Shown here one piece after another: positions 36,563 through 45,323 of a DNA stretch of 61,682 nucleotides (the first letter of the stretch is position 1; each line of letters opens with the position of its first letter). This DNA comes from a bacterium (GTDB taxonomy: Bacteria > JAJVIF01 > JAPKYR01). The DNA lies in the NCBI GenBank assembly GCA_026394215.1, contig JAPKYR010000193.1, positions 1 to 61,682 of the forward strand, written 5' to 3'. A model generated the notes under the pieces. That model saw only the letters and a program-made list of their open reading frames with translations. It did not search any database and was not told where the DNA came from. Position numbers and translations under genes: made by a program.

Positions 36563-36640
36563 GGGGACAGGCACGGATTTCGCCCGCGAAGAGCATTACA
36601 AGCGGGAAGTATATCACTGGCGAAATCCGAGCCAGTCCCC
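36563..36640. repeat. REPIN-like palindrome, copy 3 (between the NuoE-like and NuoF-like genes)
   Basis: GGGGACAGGCACGGATTTCGCC ... GGCGAAATCCGAGCCAGTCCCC. Pairing extends outward through GCGAAATAT/ATATTTCGC (36551-36650). Confidence 0.7.
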
Positions 36641-36678
36641 ATATTTCGCAGATAATATCATTCAGCTGGAGTTTTTCG

Positions 36679-38457
36679 ATGATAAAAGCAATTGTTGGAA
36701 TGAGCACATGCGGAATATCGGCTGGCGCGCAACAGGTTTATGACAAGCTGGACGAGCTTCATAAAAATAATCCCGAATCGTTCGAGCTTTGCCGCACCGG
36801 CTGTATCAGCATGTGCTATCGCGAACCGCTTGTCGAGGTTCGCAATAACGGCGACAGAATAATCTACGGCGACGTGACTCCTGAACTTGCAGATGAAATT
36901 TTCGCAAAGCATATCGTGGGCGGTACTGTCCTTGATGAACATGTCGCGTGCAGCATCCTTCCTGACGGGACCTTCGTTGGAGCTGAAAAAGCCTTCCACG
37001 GTCCGCAGAAAAGAATCGTCCTTCGAAACTGCGGCACGATCGATCCGGAATCCCTTGAGGAATACGAAGCGTCCGGTGGATATGTTGCGCTCCGAAAAGC
37101 CCTCCTTGAAATGAACTCCGGTGAAATAATCCAGGAAGTTAAAAATTCAGGGCTTCGTGGACGAGGCGGCGCGGGATTCCCTACAGGATTGAAATGGTCG
37201 TTCGCAGCAGGATACAAGAGCGATATTAAATACATAGTCTGCAACGCCGATGAAGGCGACCCGGGCGCGTTTATGGATCGGTCGGTTCTCGAAGGCGATC
37301 CGCATTCCGTTCTCGAAGGTATGATAATCGCCGGTAAGGCAATCGGATCTTCTTTTGGATATATCTACTGCCGAGCTGAATATCCGATGGCGATCCGGCG
37401 TCTGAATATCGCCATCGATGATGCGCGGGAAAAAGGCTACCTCGGAAAAAATATTCTAGGGTCGAGTTTCGATTTCGACGTAAAAATAAAACAGGGAGCG
37501 GGTGCGTTTGTCTGCGGCGAGGAGACCGCGCTGTTCCAATCGATCGAAGGACATCGCGGAATGCCAAGAATCAGGCCTCCATTCCCCGCTGAGAAAGGCC
37601 TGTGGCAGAAACCGACGAACAATAACAATGTCGAGACCTACGCGAACGTGCCATGGATAATCGTCAACGGCGCAGCGGCGTACTCGGCATACGGCACCGA
37701 AAAAAGCAGGGGCACCAAGGTTTTCGCGCTCGCCGGAAAAGTCCTGCATGGAGGGCTTGCCGAAGTCCCGATGGGCACCACAATCAACGACCTTGTTTTC
37801 AAAGTCGGCGGGGGAATAAAGAACGGCAAGAAATTCAAGGCGGTGCAGATGGGAGGACCGTCCGGAGGCTGCATCCCGTCCGAACTTGGCAATACGCCAG
37901 TCGATTTCGAGTCGATCCCCGCTACCGGCGCGATCATGGGTTCCGGCGGAATGGTCGTGATGGATGAAACGACCTGCATGGTGGAGATCGCGCGGTTTTT
38001 CCTCAATTTCACACAGGACGAATCGTGCGGCAAATGTACTTTCTGCAGAGTCGGCACATTGCGTATGCTTGAAATCCTGACACGCATTACCCATGGAGAG
38101 GGCGAGCCGGAGGACCTGGATAAACTTCTGGAACTTGGAAAACATATCAAGGACGCAAGCCTTTGCGGACTTGGCCAGACCGCTCCGAATCCGGTATTGA
38201 CGACGATCCGTTACTACCGCGACGAGTATCTTGCTCACATTATCGATAAAAAATGCCCGGCCGGAAGCTGCTCGGCTCTCGTCGATTTCTTTATCAATCC
38301 CGACAAATGCACCGGATGCACGATCTGTGCGAAAAATTGTCCGGTTGATGCAATCGCGGGTGAAGCGAAAAAAGTCCATGTTATAAACAACGAAATCTGC
38401 GCGAAGTGCGGGAAATGCGTGACAGTCTGCAATTTCGACGCAGTTTATAAGAAGTGA
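36679..38457 (+). CDS. NuoF/HydB-type NADH-FMN-FeS subunit (bifurcating-enzyme type, with N-terminal 2Fe-2S and C-terminal 2x[4Fe-4S] domains)
   Basis: GLRGRGGAGFPTGLKW, CNADEGDPGAFMDR and ESCGKCTFCRVG form the NuoF core. C-terminal CTGCTICAKNCP...CAKCGKCVTVCN ferredoxin domain. N-terminal Trx-like CISMCYREP. Confidence 0.9.
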   Translation: MIKAIVGMSTCGISAGAQQVYDKLDELHKNNPESFELCRTGCISMCYREPLVEVRNNGDRIIYGDVTPELADEIFAKHIVGGTVLDEHVACSILPDGTFVGAEKAFHGPQKRIVLRNCGTIDPESLEEYEASGGYVALRKALLEMNSGEIIQEVKNSGLRGRGGAGFPTGLKWSFAAGYKSDIKYIVCNADEGDPGAFMDRSVLEGDPHSVLEGMIIAGKAIGSSFGYIYCRAEYPMAIRRLNIAIDDAREKGYLGKNILGSSFDFDVKIKQGAGAFVCGEETALFQSIEGHRGMPRIRPPFPAEKGLWQKPTNNNNVETYANVPWIIVNGAAAYSAYGTEKSRGTKVFALAGKVLHGGLAEVPMGTTINDLVFKVGGGIKNGKKFKAVQMGGPSGGCIPSELGNTPVDFESIPATGAIMGSGGMVVMDETTCMVEIARFFLNFTQDESCGKCTFCRVGTLRMLEILTRITHGEGEPEDLDKLLELGKHIKDASLCGLGQTAPNPVLTTIRYYRDEYLAHIIDKKCPAGSCSALVDFFINPDKCTGCTICAKNCPVDAIAGEAKKVHVINNEICAKCGKCVTVCNFDAVYKK

Positions 38458-41400
38458 GAATCAAATCAATGGATAACTTAACCGATAAAATAAAATTAAA
38501 AATAAACGGACAGGAAATCGAATGCGCTCCGGGGAAAACAATCCTGGAAGTCGTACGCGAAAATAACCTGGACGATATTCCCACACTCTGCAATTCGGTA
38601 GAGCTTGACCCATACGCTTCATGTTTTGTTTGCGTAGTTGAAGTAAAGGGACGCCCGATTCTCGTCCCGTCATGCGCGACAAGGGTCGCGAACGGTATGG
38701 AGGTCGAGACACGAAATGAGCGGATTATCGCGTCCAGAAAAACCGCATTCGAGCTTCTGATCTCAAACCACTACGCCGACTGCGTGTCGCCATGCCTCGA
38801 AGGATGCCCGGCACACACGGACATTCAGGGCTATATCGCGCTCTCCGCAATGGGGCAGTACGAAAAAGCGGTCAATCTGATCCGTGAATATAATCCGCTT
38901 CCGGCAATATGCGGACGTGTCTGCGTTCGAAAATGCGAGCTGAACTGCCGTCGATGCGATATTGACGCGCCTGTCGGGATCAATTGGATAAAGAGATTCG
39001 TGATCGACATCCCCGGCATGTACGATCAGACGCCTGTATGCGACCCACCCACCGGAAAAACGGTTGGAATCGTGGGTGCCGGCCCAGCGGGATTGACCGC
39101 GGCATGGTTCCTTGCGAGAAAAGGCCACAAGCCGATTTTATACGAAGCCAATGAAAAAGCCGGGGGCATGCTGCGATACGGAATTCCAACGTACAGGCTT
39201 CCCGACGATGTTCTCGATCAGGAAGTGGACTTCATTTGCAGAGTCGGAGCAGAAATTAAATATGATGTGAAAGTCGGGAAAGATATTTCGGTTGACGAAC
39301 TCATGAAAAAGCACGACGCGGTTTTCCTCGCGACGGGCGCATGGGCCGGAAAGCCGATGAAGATCAAGGGCGAGTTCGATACCGAAGGGATAGTCACGGG
39401 AGTGGATTTCCTTCCGAAAATGGCCGCCAATCCTGAAAAATTAACTGGAACAGTTGTCGTTGTCGGAGGCGGGAACACGGCGATGGATGTCGCGCGCACC
39501 GCATGGCGACTGGGCGCAGACAAGGTTATTATCCTTTATCGCCGCACCAAAGATGAAATGCCCGCGGACGCGATGGAAATCCGGGATTTCCTTGAGGAGG
39601 GCATCGAGTTAATCGAATTGGCCGCACCGGTCGGGATCATTTCCGAAAATGGAAAAATCAAGGCCTTGCGATGCCAGCGGATGAAACTTGGCGAACCGGA
39701 CAGTTCCGGACGTCGCCGCCCGGTTCCGCTCGAAGGCTCTGAGTTCGACCTTCCATGCCAGCTTGCGGTCTCCGCTATCGGACAGGATCCCATTCTCGAA
39801 GGGTTAACCGAAAATATCAAAGGCCAGACCCTTCAACTGACAAAATGGAACACTATTGTCGTCGATAAAAATTCCCTTGCCACAAATATCACGGGGTTGT
39901 TCGCAGGTGGAGACGCCGCCGACGACGGCCCGACTGTGGCGATCGACGCAATCGCCGATGGAAAGCAGGCTGCGGCGGCTATCGACGCATATCTGAATGG
40001 TAAAGAAATTCCGAAACGGCCGTTTATTGTGCATAAGGATTTCTGGAGCAGGCCGGAAGCGGCACTGAGCGACGTCAAGGAAAGCCCCCGTCACGAAATC
40101 CACATGATGGATGTTGAGGACAGGCGGGGAAATTTCCGCGAAGTGGCTGTCGGTTTCGAATACGAGGATAACATCCACGAATGCGACCGATGCCTCTCGT
40201 GCGGGTGCATCAGGTTCGATGACTGCGCCTTAAGGCTCGGTGCCGAAAAATACGGCGTCGATATGAATAAGTACAAGGGTTACATTCGCCGCCACAAAGT
40301 CGATGATCGCCACCCTTATATTATTTACGATCCGAACAAGTGCATTCTATGCGCCCGATGTATAAGGACCTGCGCGAGGGTGCTTCCGATTTCCGCTCTC
40401 GGGCTTGTCGGCAGGGGTTTCAAAACTGAGATGCGCCCCGCTATGAACGACCCACTTGTCGAGACCAGTTGCGTAGCCTGTGGTAACTGCGTCGATACAT
40501 GCCCGACAGCCGCGTTGACAATAAAATATCCGTTCCCCGGCCGCGCGTGCCTTGAGACTGAAGACATCCACACATACTGCGGATTCTGCTCGCTCGCATG
40601 CCCGATCACAGTGAAGAAATTCGGCGACAACCGCTATTTTATCGGGCCGTCGGGCGTTCCAGGAGAATATCTGTGCAGATATGGACGATTCGGTACCGAA
40701 CTATTTATCAAGAAAAGGCGGATTACCGCTCCGATTCTCCGCGAAGGCAATGCAAGGCAGACTGTCGAGCTTCCAATCGCGTTAATCGAAACTGCATCCG
40801 GATTGAAGAGGATCGCGCATAAATATGGCGCGGATCATGTCGGCGTTTTCGTTTCCCCGGAACTCACAAACGAGGAATTATATCTTGCCGGAAAAATCGC
40901 GCGAGAAGGCCTCGGCACAAACAACATCGCGTCTCTATCCGTGCTTGGAACCGGCAACCGCGCAGGGGCGCTTGACAAATCGTTTGGATTTACCGCCTCG
41001 ACATCGGATAGATCATTCATCGATGGCGCGGATTTAATTATCTGCAACAACACGTCGATGGAGTCCGATCACCTGATACTCGCGGTCGATATCATCCAGG
41101 CTGTCAAGGCTGGGGCGAAAATGATCGTCTCCAATTCGACTCTTGATAAAGCCGACCAGCTTTTATCGACGCTCGCTATGGACCCCATGCGCGGTCGCGC
41201 CGCGATTTTATGGAACGGCATCATGCAGGTACTCCTTGACGATGGTTTCATCAGTCAGGACATTCTCAAATCCATTCCCGGAGCTTCGGAATTTCTAGCA
41301 GGCAGGGATTTTGGACTTAAAAATGTGTCCGCACTTTCAGGAATCGATGCTGCTGAAATAAGTGCTGCCGCTGACATTATCAGAAATGCGAAGAAGATCG

Positions 41401-42179
41401 TATTTATTCACAGCACCGACCGCACTCAGGATCATGCTCCCGGTGATATCGAGACGCTTGCCAATTTCGTTGTCCTGCTAAGGGCTGCGGGAATCGAAGC
41501 TGATCTCCTTATGCCAAGGTTGATTTCCAACAGCGCCGGACTTGAGATCATGGGCGCCGACCCCGCATTCGCGGCGGGAAAAACACCGGTCCCGGAAAAG
41601 CTTCAAGGCGCAAGATCGCACGAAGAGCTGATCAAATTGCTTAATGACGGCGAAATCCGCTCGGCATTGATAATCGGCGAAGACCCTATGGCGTGGGGAA
41701 ACACCGGAACATGGTTCAGGAACATCGAATTCCTTGCGGCCATGGACTGGACGTCGAGCGAAACCACACAATTCGCGGATGTTGTCCTGCCCGGCTCTAC
41801 GTACCTTGAAACAAAGGGCACGCGATGCAATTTCGAGGGCAGGGTCATCGAATTCGAGCAGGCTGTCGAACCTCCCGCCGAAATTTCAGGAAGAGAAATT
41901 CTTCAAAGACTTGCCAATGAATTCGGGATAAAAGTCAAGGACGATATCACTTCCGAAATCAGTGGAATAGTAAATATTAATATGGGAGATTTACTCGGTT
42001 TCTACTGGAATACGGGTCAGAAGCGGAAGTCCCCGTCTGTCGCGGGGCTTGTATCGACCAGCACTGATGTAAAGACCACATCTATCCAGCTTCCACTCAC
42101 TCATGGCGAGCAGTATAAGAGAGAGATACGCGAAGTCGGCACAGACCATTATCGTGTCCAGGCGGGTTTGGCACGGTAA
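38454..42179 (+). CDS. multidomain FeS flavoprotein: NuoG/HydA-type 2Fe-2S N-domain + GltD/NfnB-type FAD/NAD(P)H reductase + 4Fe-4S domains + non-catalytic molybdopterin-oxidoreductase-like domain
   Basis: KLKINGQEIECAPGKTILEV...CFVCVVEV (2Fe-2S). CLEGCPAHTDIQGY...CGRVCVRKCELNCR and VGIVGAGPAGLTAAWFL, VVVGGGNTAMD (GltD-like). CILCARCIRTC, CVACGNCVDTCP. The MGD-type cluster CGFCSLACP...LCRYGRF. The segment aligned to the Fdh active site reads GTNNIASLSVLGTGNRAG, with no Cys or Sec. GTG at 38454 overlaps the upstream stop; ATG at 38469 is an alternative start. Confidence 0.8.
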   Translation: MRIKSMDNLTDKIKLKINGQEIECAPGKTILEVVRENNLDDIPTLCNSVELDPYASCFVCVVEVKGRPILVPSCATRVANGMEVETRNERIIASRKTAFELLISNHYADCVSPCLEGCPAHTDIQGYIALSAMGQYEKAVNLIREYNPLPAICGRVCVRKCELNCRRCDIDAPVGINWIKRFVIDIPGMYDQTPVCDPPTGKTVGIVGAGPAGLTAAWFLARKGHKPILYEANEKAGGMLRYGIPTYRLPDDVLDQEVDFICRVGAEIKYDVKVGKDISVDELMKKHDAVFLATGAWAGKPMKIKGEFDTEGIVTGVDFLPKMAANPEKLTGTVVVVGGGNTAMDVARTAWRLGADKVIILYRRTKDEMPADAMEIRDFLEEGIELIELAAPVGIISENGKIKALRCQRMKLGEPDSSGRRRPVPLEGSEFDLPCQLAVSAIGQDPILEGLTENIKGQTLQLTKWNTIVVDKNSLATNITGLFAGGDAADDGPTVAIDAIADGKQAAAAIDAYLNGKEIPKRPFIVHKDFWSRPEAALSDVKESPRHEIHMMDVEDRRGNFREVAVGFEYEDNIHECDRCLSCGCIRFDDCALRLGAEKYGVDMNKYKGYIRRHKVDDRHPYIIYDPNKCILCARCIRTCARVLPISALGLVGRGFKTEMRPAMNDPLVETSCVACGNCVDTCPTAALTIKYPFPGRACLETEDIHTYCGFCSLACPITVKKFGDNRYFIGPSGVPGEYLCRYGRFGTELFIKKRRITAPILREGNARQTVELPIALIETASGLKRIAHKYGADHVGVFVSPELTNEELYLAGKIAREGLGTNNIASLSVLGTGNRAGALDKSFGFTASTSDRSFIDGADLIICNNTSMESDHLILAVDIIQAVKAGAKMIVSNSTLDKADQLLSTLAMDPMRGRAAILWNGIMQVLLDDGFISQDILKSIPGASEFLAGRDFGLKNVSALSGIDAAEISAAADIIRNAKKIVFIHSTDRTQDHAPGDIETLANFVVLLRAAGIEADLLMPRLISNSAGLEIMGADPAFAAGKTPVPEKLQGARSHEELIKLLNDGEIRSALIIGEDPMAWGNTGTWFRNIEFLAAMDWTSSETTQFADVVLPGSTYLETKGTRCNFEGRVIEFEQAVEPPAEISGREILQRLANEFGIKVKDDITSEISGIVNINMGDLLGFYWNTGQKRKSPSVAGLVSTSTDVKTTSIQLPLTHGEQYKREIREVGTDHYRVQAGLAR

Positions 42180-42398
42180 TTCCAATTGTACGTTACCTCA
42201 ACATCGCCGACAAGGAATGAACGCAGCAGAAATCGTACATGGAAGATTCCTGGGACAATCCGAACACGACGTATTAAGGAGTTAAGGTAACTATCCCCGA
42301 ATTAGTACTCTCCTTACAATACCTCGAAATGCCGCAAGGATAGAGGCTTTCAATGCTAAAAAACGCGTCATTCGTCACTGGCCCATTTTTTCGATAGG

Positions 42399-42878
42399 TC
42401 ACTGTCCGAATTTGCCAAAGGTCACGCCTACACCAATTAACAATAATGCAATTACCGCAGCCAATAAACTTAGGAGCAATCTTGTGTTTTGATCATGAAT
42501 CGCTGATTTTTTTGCCTCAAGCAGGTTTTTGCAAGTACTAGATTCCAAGTATTTCTTCATTTCTTCTCGAATAAATATTGACCTTTGAGATGGAGTACGT
42601 CTCAGAATTGAGCCGCTATTTTTAATTCCCCTTCTGTCTAAATAAATTGCAAATTCATACTGGATTTCTTCTAAATATTGATATATACATCCTTCAGTCT
42701 TGAAGTTAGCTTTTGCGTCATTATGAGCTTTAATTTGTGCATCTATCCAGCCATCATTATGGGCTTTGACTTCGGGCAATGGTCCTTGTCGCATAACTTC
42801 AGGTATCCAAATCCCAAAGAAGACAGCAGCTAACATTATGCATCCCATAAAAGCCAAAAAACCAAAAAATATTTGCAT
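42399..42878 (-). CDS. hypothetical protein with N- and C-terminal TM helices (AT-rich gene)
   Basis: 159-aa ORF with hydrophobic ends (FFGFLAFMGCIMLAAVFFGIWI and LLLSLLAAVIALLLIGVGV). It is visibly more AT-rich than its flanks. I recognised no family. Confidence 0.45.
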   Translation of the reverse strand: MQIFFGFLAFMGCIMLAAVFFGIWIPEVMRQGPLPEVKAHNDGWIDAQIKAHNDAKANFKTEGCIYQYLEEIQYEFAIYLDRRGIKNSGSILRRTPSQRSIFIREEMKKYLESSTCKNLLEAKKSAIHDQNTRLLLSLLAAVIALLLIGVGVTFGKFGQ

Positions 42879-42960
42879 TATCTGAATACCTCAAATAAGT
42901 GACGTAGCCGGGGTCCGTTCCTGATCATCTCTTTTTCCGCTTACTTCCGGGCTGGCACCA

Positions 42961-43107
42961 TCAATCGTATTCATAATCCATCCCCTTTACACTGAATATT
43001 ATACCATCTCCCGCCCCCCAATCCAATGGGAGCATACCTTTCTTTACATACGCATGAAAACTCGACCACTGCCAGTCTTTCGGCGATGAAACAAGCCCAT
43101 GCTTAAT
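42961..43107 (-). pseudogene. 3' remnant of a REP-associated tyrosine transposase (RAYT, IS200-like Y1 transposase)
   Basis: My minus-strand translation reads IKHGLVSSPKDWQWSSFHAYVKKGMLPLDWGAGDG...*. It matches the conserved RAYT C-terminus (NPVKHGLV..P.DWPYSSFHRYV..G.YP.DWG). The frame is closed by a stop just upstream, abutting a GGGACAGC palindrome arm. Confidence 0.6.
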
Positions 43108-43109
43108 TC

Positions 43110-43186
43110 AGGGACAGCAACCTTTTTATCGGCCACCTCAATTAAGACAGTTTTATCCAAATTACGGAATTAAAGTAGCTGTCCCC
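43110..43186. repeat. degenerate palindrome related to the GGGGAC family
   Basis: AGGGACAGCAACCTTTTTA ... TAAAGTAGCTGTCCCC, directly flanking the RAYT remnant. Confidence 0.35.
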
Positions 43187-43220
43187 GAAATAGGACAGGT
43201 GTCCTTGTATATTCGCGAAT

Positions 43221-44495
43221 CTACCTATTCTCCACCGGAAGCTCTCCGCCAGGTCCCCATACAAATCCGATCTTTGTATCGCCGCCGACAGTGTAATTCA
43301 CCATATGCTGCGTCTGCTCCGGTTGCAGCATGTTGAAATTGGCCGTGGTAAATACCTCGGGATCCCATGGCACATATGAAATCCGCCACGTTTCCAGACC
43401 GCTGTTCTCACCGGTTACTTCTACCGCCCTTCCTGTACGAGCCATTGCACCCGGCGTCGACGAATACAGGAAAAAGTCGCCAAGAGGTGAGAAATCGACC
43501 CAGAGTTTCATATTGTCGAAAACCGCAAGGCGGCGGCTCATATCCGAATCCAGACTATAAAGAAAAAGCTGCATTCCGGATAACGGGGCAGCACCCTCAA
43601 TAAATTCCTCCGCATAATCTACCGTGTACAATATATATCTGCCATTCGGATGCCATGCGGGATTTCCCGCGCTGTTGCCGATCGCCATCCTTGTTATCAT
43701 TTCAGGTTCGAGGGTATCCATCGCAATCAAAAATAACTCTGTTCCATAATTCATATCGAATGTCGCGGCATATTTACTCCCGTCAGGTGAAAATCCCCCA
43801 AGGTCAATGACTGAATTTTCAGATATCCTGTCCGACCTGACCCCGGCGCTATCAATAAAATATAAACCTTTATCGCCGGTGCTCTCATCCTGAAGAATTG
43901 AAATTGCCAGTAAAGTGCCGTCGTCGGATATTGTCAGATCAACTATTTTATCAGGTGTTGAATACCATACCGATTCTACACACGTAATCTCAGGTTCCCG
44001 TTTCTCTTCCGTGCCAAATGCCTCTTCCGGTTCCTTCCTTGTGAATTCCAGTTTCAAAATCGCATTCTCTCCGGTTTCAGTTTTACCCAGGACCGCGATC
44101 ACATCGTTCCGCGACGCGTCCCACTGGGGAGCCTCGGTAACGGTTAGCGAGGTTTCAAAATTAGCCTCGGTCACAAGTTCGCGATCGCTCTCCCGACGCG
44201 TGAGACCCAGAAGCCCACGGTCATTTTCGCGAAGCATGTATGTCGAAGTCCCGGTGGTTTTTATATCCTGAATTCCATCAAGATCGTACTCGATACAGGC
44301 GATATCGTTTGTGGTTTTTGAAATCCGGTAAAGCGCCGTTTTCCCATCGCGCGTTTCCCAGTACATGACCGGATGGGCGAATTCCATGTAAGGCTCAATT
44401 AAGCTTTTAATTACCCCTTCAGGCGCTCTGTGAACGCAGCCCGGGAAGATAATTCCAATTATGATAACAGCATATATCAATATTACGCGTCTCAA
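43221..44495 (-). CDS. TolB-like beta-propeller (PD40 repeat) periplasmic protein
   Basis: Signal/anchor MRRVILIYAVIIIGIIFPGC and repeated PD40-like units (FSPDGSKYAATF, WHPNGRYILYTV, FSPLGDFFLYSS). Confidence 0.6.
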   Translation of the reverse strand: MRRVILIYAVIIIGIIFPGCVHRAPEGVIKSLIEPYMEFAHPVMYWETRDGKTALYRISKTTNDIACIEYDLDGIQDIKTTGTSTYMLRENDRGLLGLTRRESDRELVTEANFETSLTVTEAPQWDASRNDVIAVLGKTETGENAILKLEFTRKEPEEAFGTEEKREPEITCVESVWYSTPDKIVDLTISDDGTLLAISILQDESTGDKGLYFIDSAGVRSDRISENSVIDLGGFSPDGSKYAATFDMNYGTELFLIAMDTLEPEMITRMAIGNSAGNPAWHPNGRYILYTVDYAEEFIEGAAPLSGMQLFLYSLDSDMSRRLAVFDNMKLWVDFSPLGDFFLYSSTPGAMARTGRAVEVTGENSGLETWRISYVPWDPEVFTTANFNMLQPEQTQHMVNYTVGGDTKIGFVWGPGGELPVENR

Positions 44496-44540
44496 TTTTT
44501 GCTCCTTATATCTATTAGTAATTATATTGACAATTTAAAA

Positions 44541-45206
44541 TTAATGCGATCCGTTGCTCATCGCGATAAGCCTTAGAAATTCCATGCGGGTCTTTGAGTA
44601 ACTCTTGAATCCGCCGCGCATCGCGCTCGTGATCGCCTTCGAATTCTGCTTCTGCACACCGCGCATCATCATGCATAAATGAAACGCCTCGATAACAACC
44701 CCTACACCCTTCGGTTTCAATACCGCCTCGATAGTGTCCGCGATCTGGTTCGTCAGGCGTTCCTGTACCTGAAGCCGCCGCGCGAAAACATCGACAATCT
44801 CAGGAATTTTGGATAGCCCGATAATCCTCCCGTTCGGTATATACGCGACATGAGCCTTCCCGTAAAACGGCAGAAGATGATGTTCACAAAGCGAATAAAG
44901 CTCGATATCGCTGACAAGGATCATCTCGTCGCACTTGTCCTCGAAAATTCCTTCGCCGATTACTTCGTCAAGGTTTCGATAGTACCCGGCGGTCAGAAAC
45001 CTTAAACTTTCCGCGACACGTTCCGGAGTTTTCTTCAGATTGTCGCGATCCGGATCCTCCCCTAACAGTTTGATAATTTCGCGGTAGTGGCTGGCGATTT
45101 TCCCCGACGTTTCGCCATTCATCGGTGGGAAAAAAAGTCCCTCAAGGTCGATTCCGGATTTCGACGAATTATCAACTGAATGTTTCGAAGCTTTTTTAGA
45201 CGCCAT
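44541..45206 (-). CDS. folE: GTP cyclohydrolase I
   Basis: [32 protein letters not shown]...[10 protein letters not shown]...HLCMMMRGV are canonical FolE motifs. Confidence 0.9.
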   Translation of the reverse strand: MASKKASKHSVDNSSKSGIDLEGLFFPPMNGETSGKIASHYREIIKLLGEDPDRDNLKKTPERVAESLRFLTAGYYRNLDEVIGEGIFEDKCDEMILVSDIELYSLCEHHLLPFYGKAHVAYIPNGRIIGLSKIPEIVDVFARRLQVQERLTNQIADTIEAVLKPKGVGVVIEAFHLCMMMRGVQKQNSKAITSAMRGGFKSYSKTRMEFLRLIAMSNGSH

Positions 45207-45212
45207 AAATAA

Positions 45213-45268
45213 ATCCTTGCGATAAAATCAAGGATATAATTATACCGCCTGATTAACAGGGCTGTCTA
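45213..45268 (-). promoter_or_regulatory. candidate folE promoter (TAGACA-N18-TATAAT) and leader hairpin covering the RBS
   Basis: The minus strand reads TAGACA...TATAAT, then ATCCTTG-ATTTTATCG-CAAGGAT, then TTATTT-ATG. The AAGGA Shine-Dalgarno lies in the 3' arm of the hairpin. Confidence 0.3.
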
Positions 45269-45323
45269 TTTATGGTACCTGTGAAGTTTACTGCTGCACG
45301 TTGATATTGGTACAAAAGCAAAA

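Noticed and set aside
37456-38379. Long antisense ORFs listed in the track (for example 37456..38379, 179..925, 23540..24196, 20404..20976, 48237..48848, 55174..55890, 27902..28480)
   Set aside because: Each lies entirely inside a gene on the opposite strand that has strong family motifs. Their translations are Arg/Ser/Pro-rich and low in complexity, as expected for shadow frames, and they lack RBS support.
38454-42179. Calling the 1241-aa protein a formate dehydrogenase alpha subunit, or either cluster an [FeFe]-hydrogenase
   Set aside because: There is no Cys/Sec-His at the position aligned to the Fdh active site, and the C-terminal MGD-binding domain appears absent. No H-cluster domain (HydA catalytic core) is present in either cluster.
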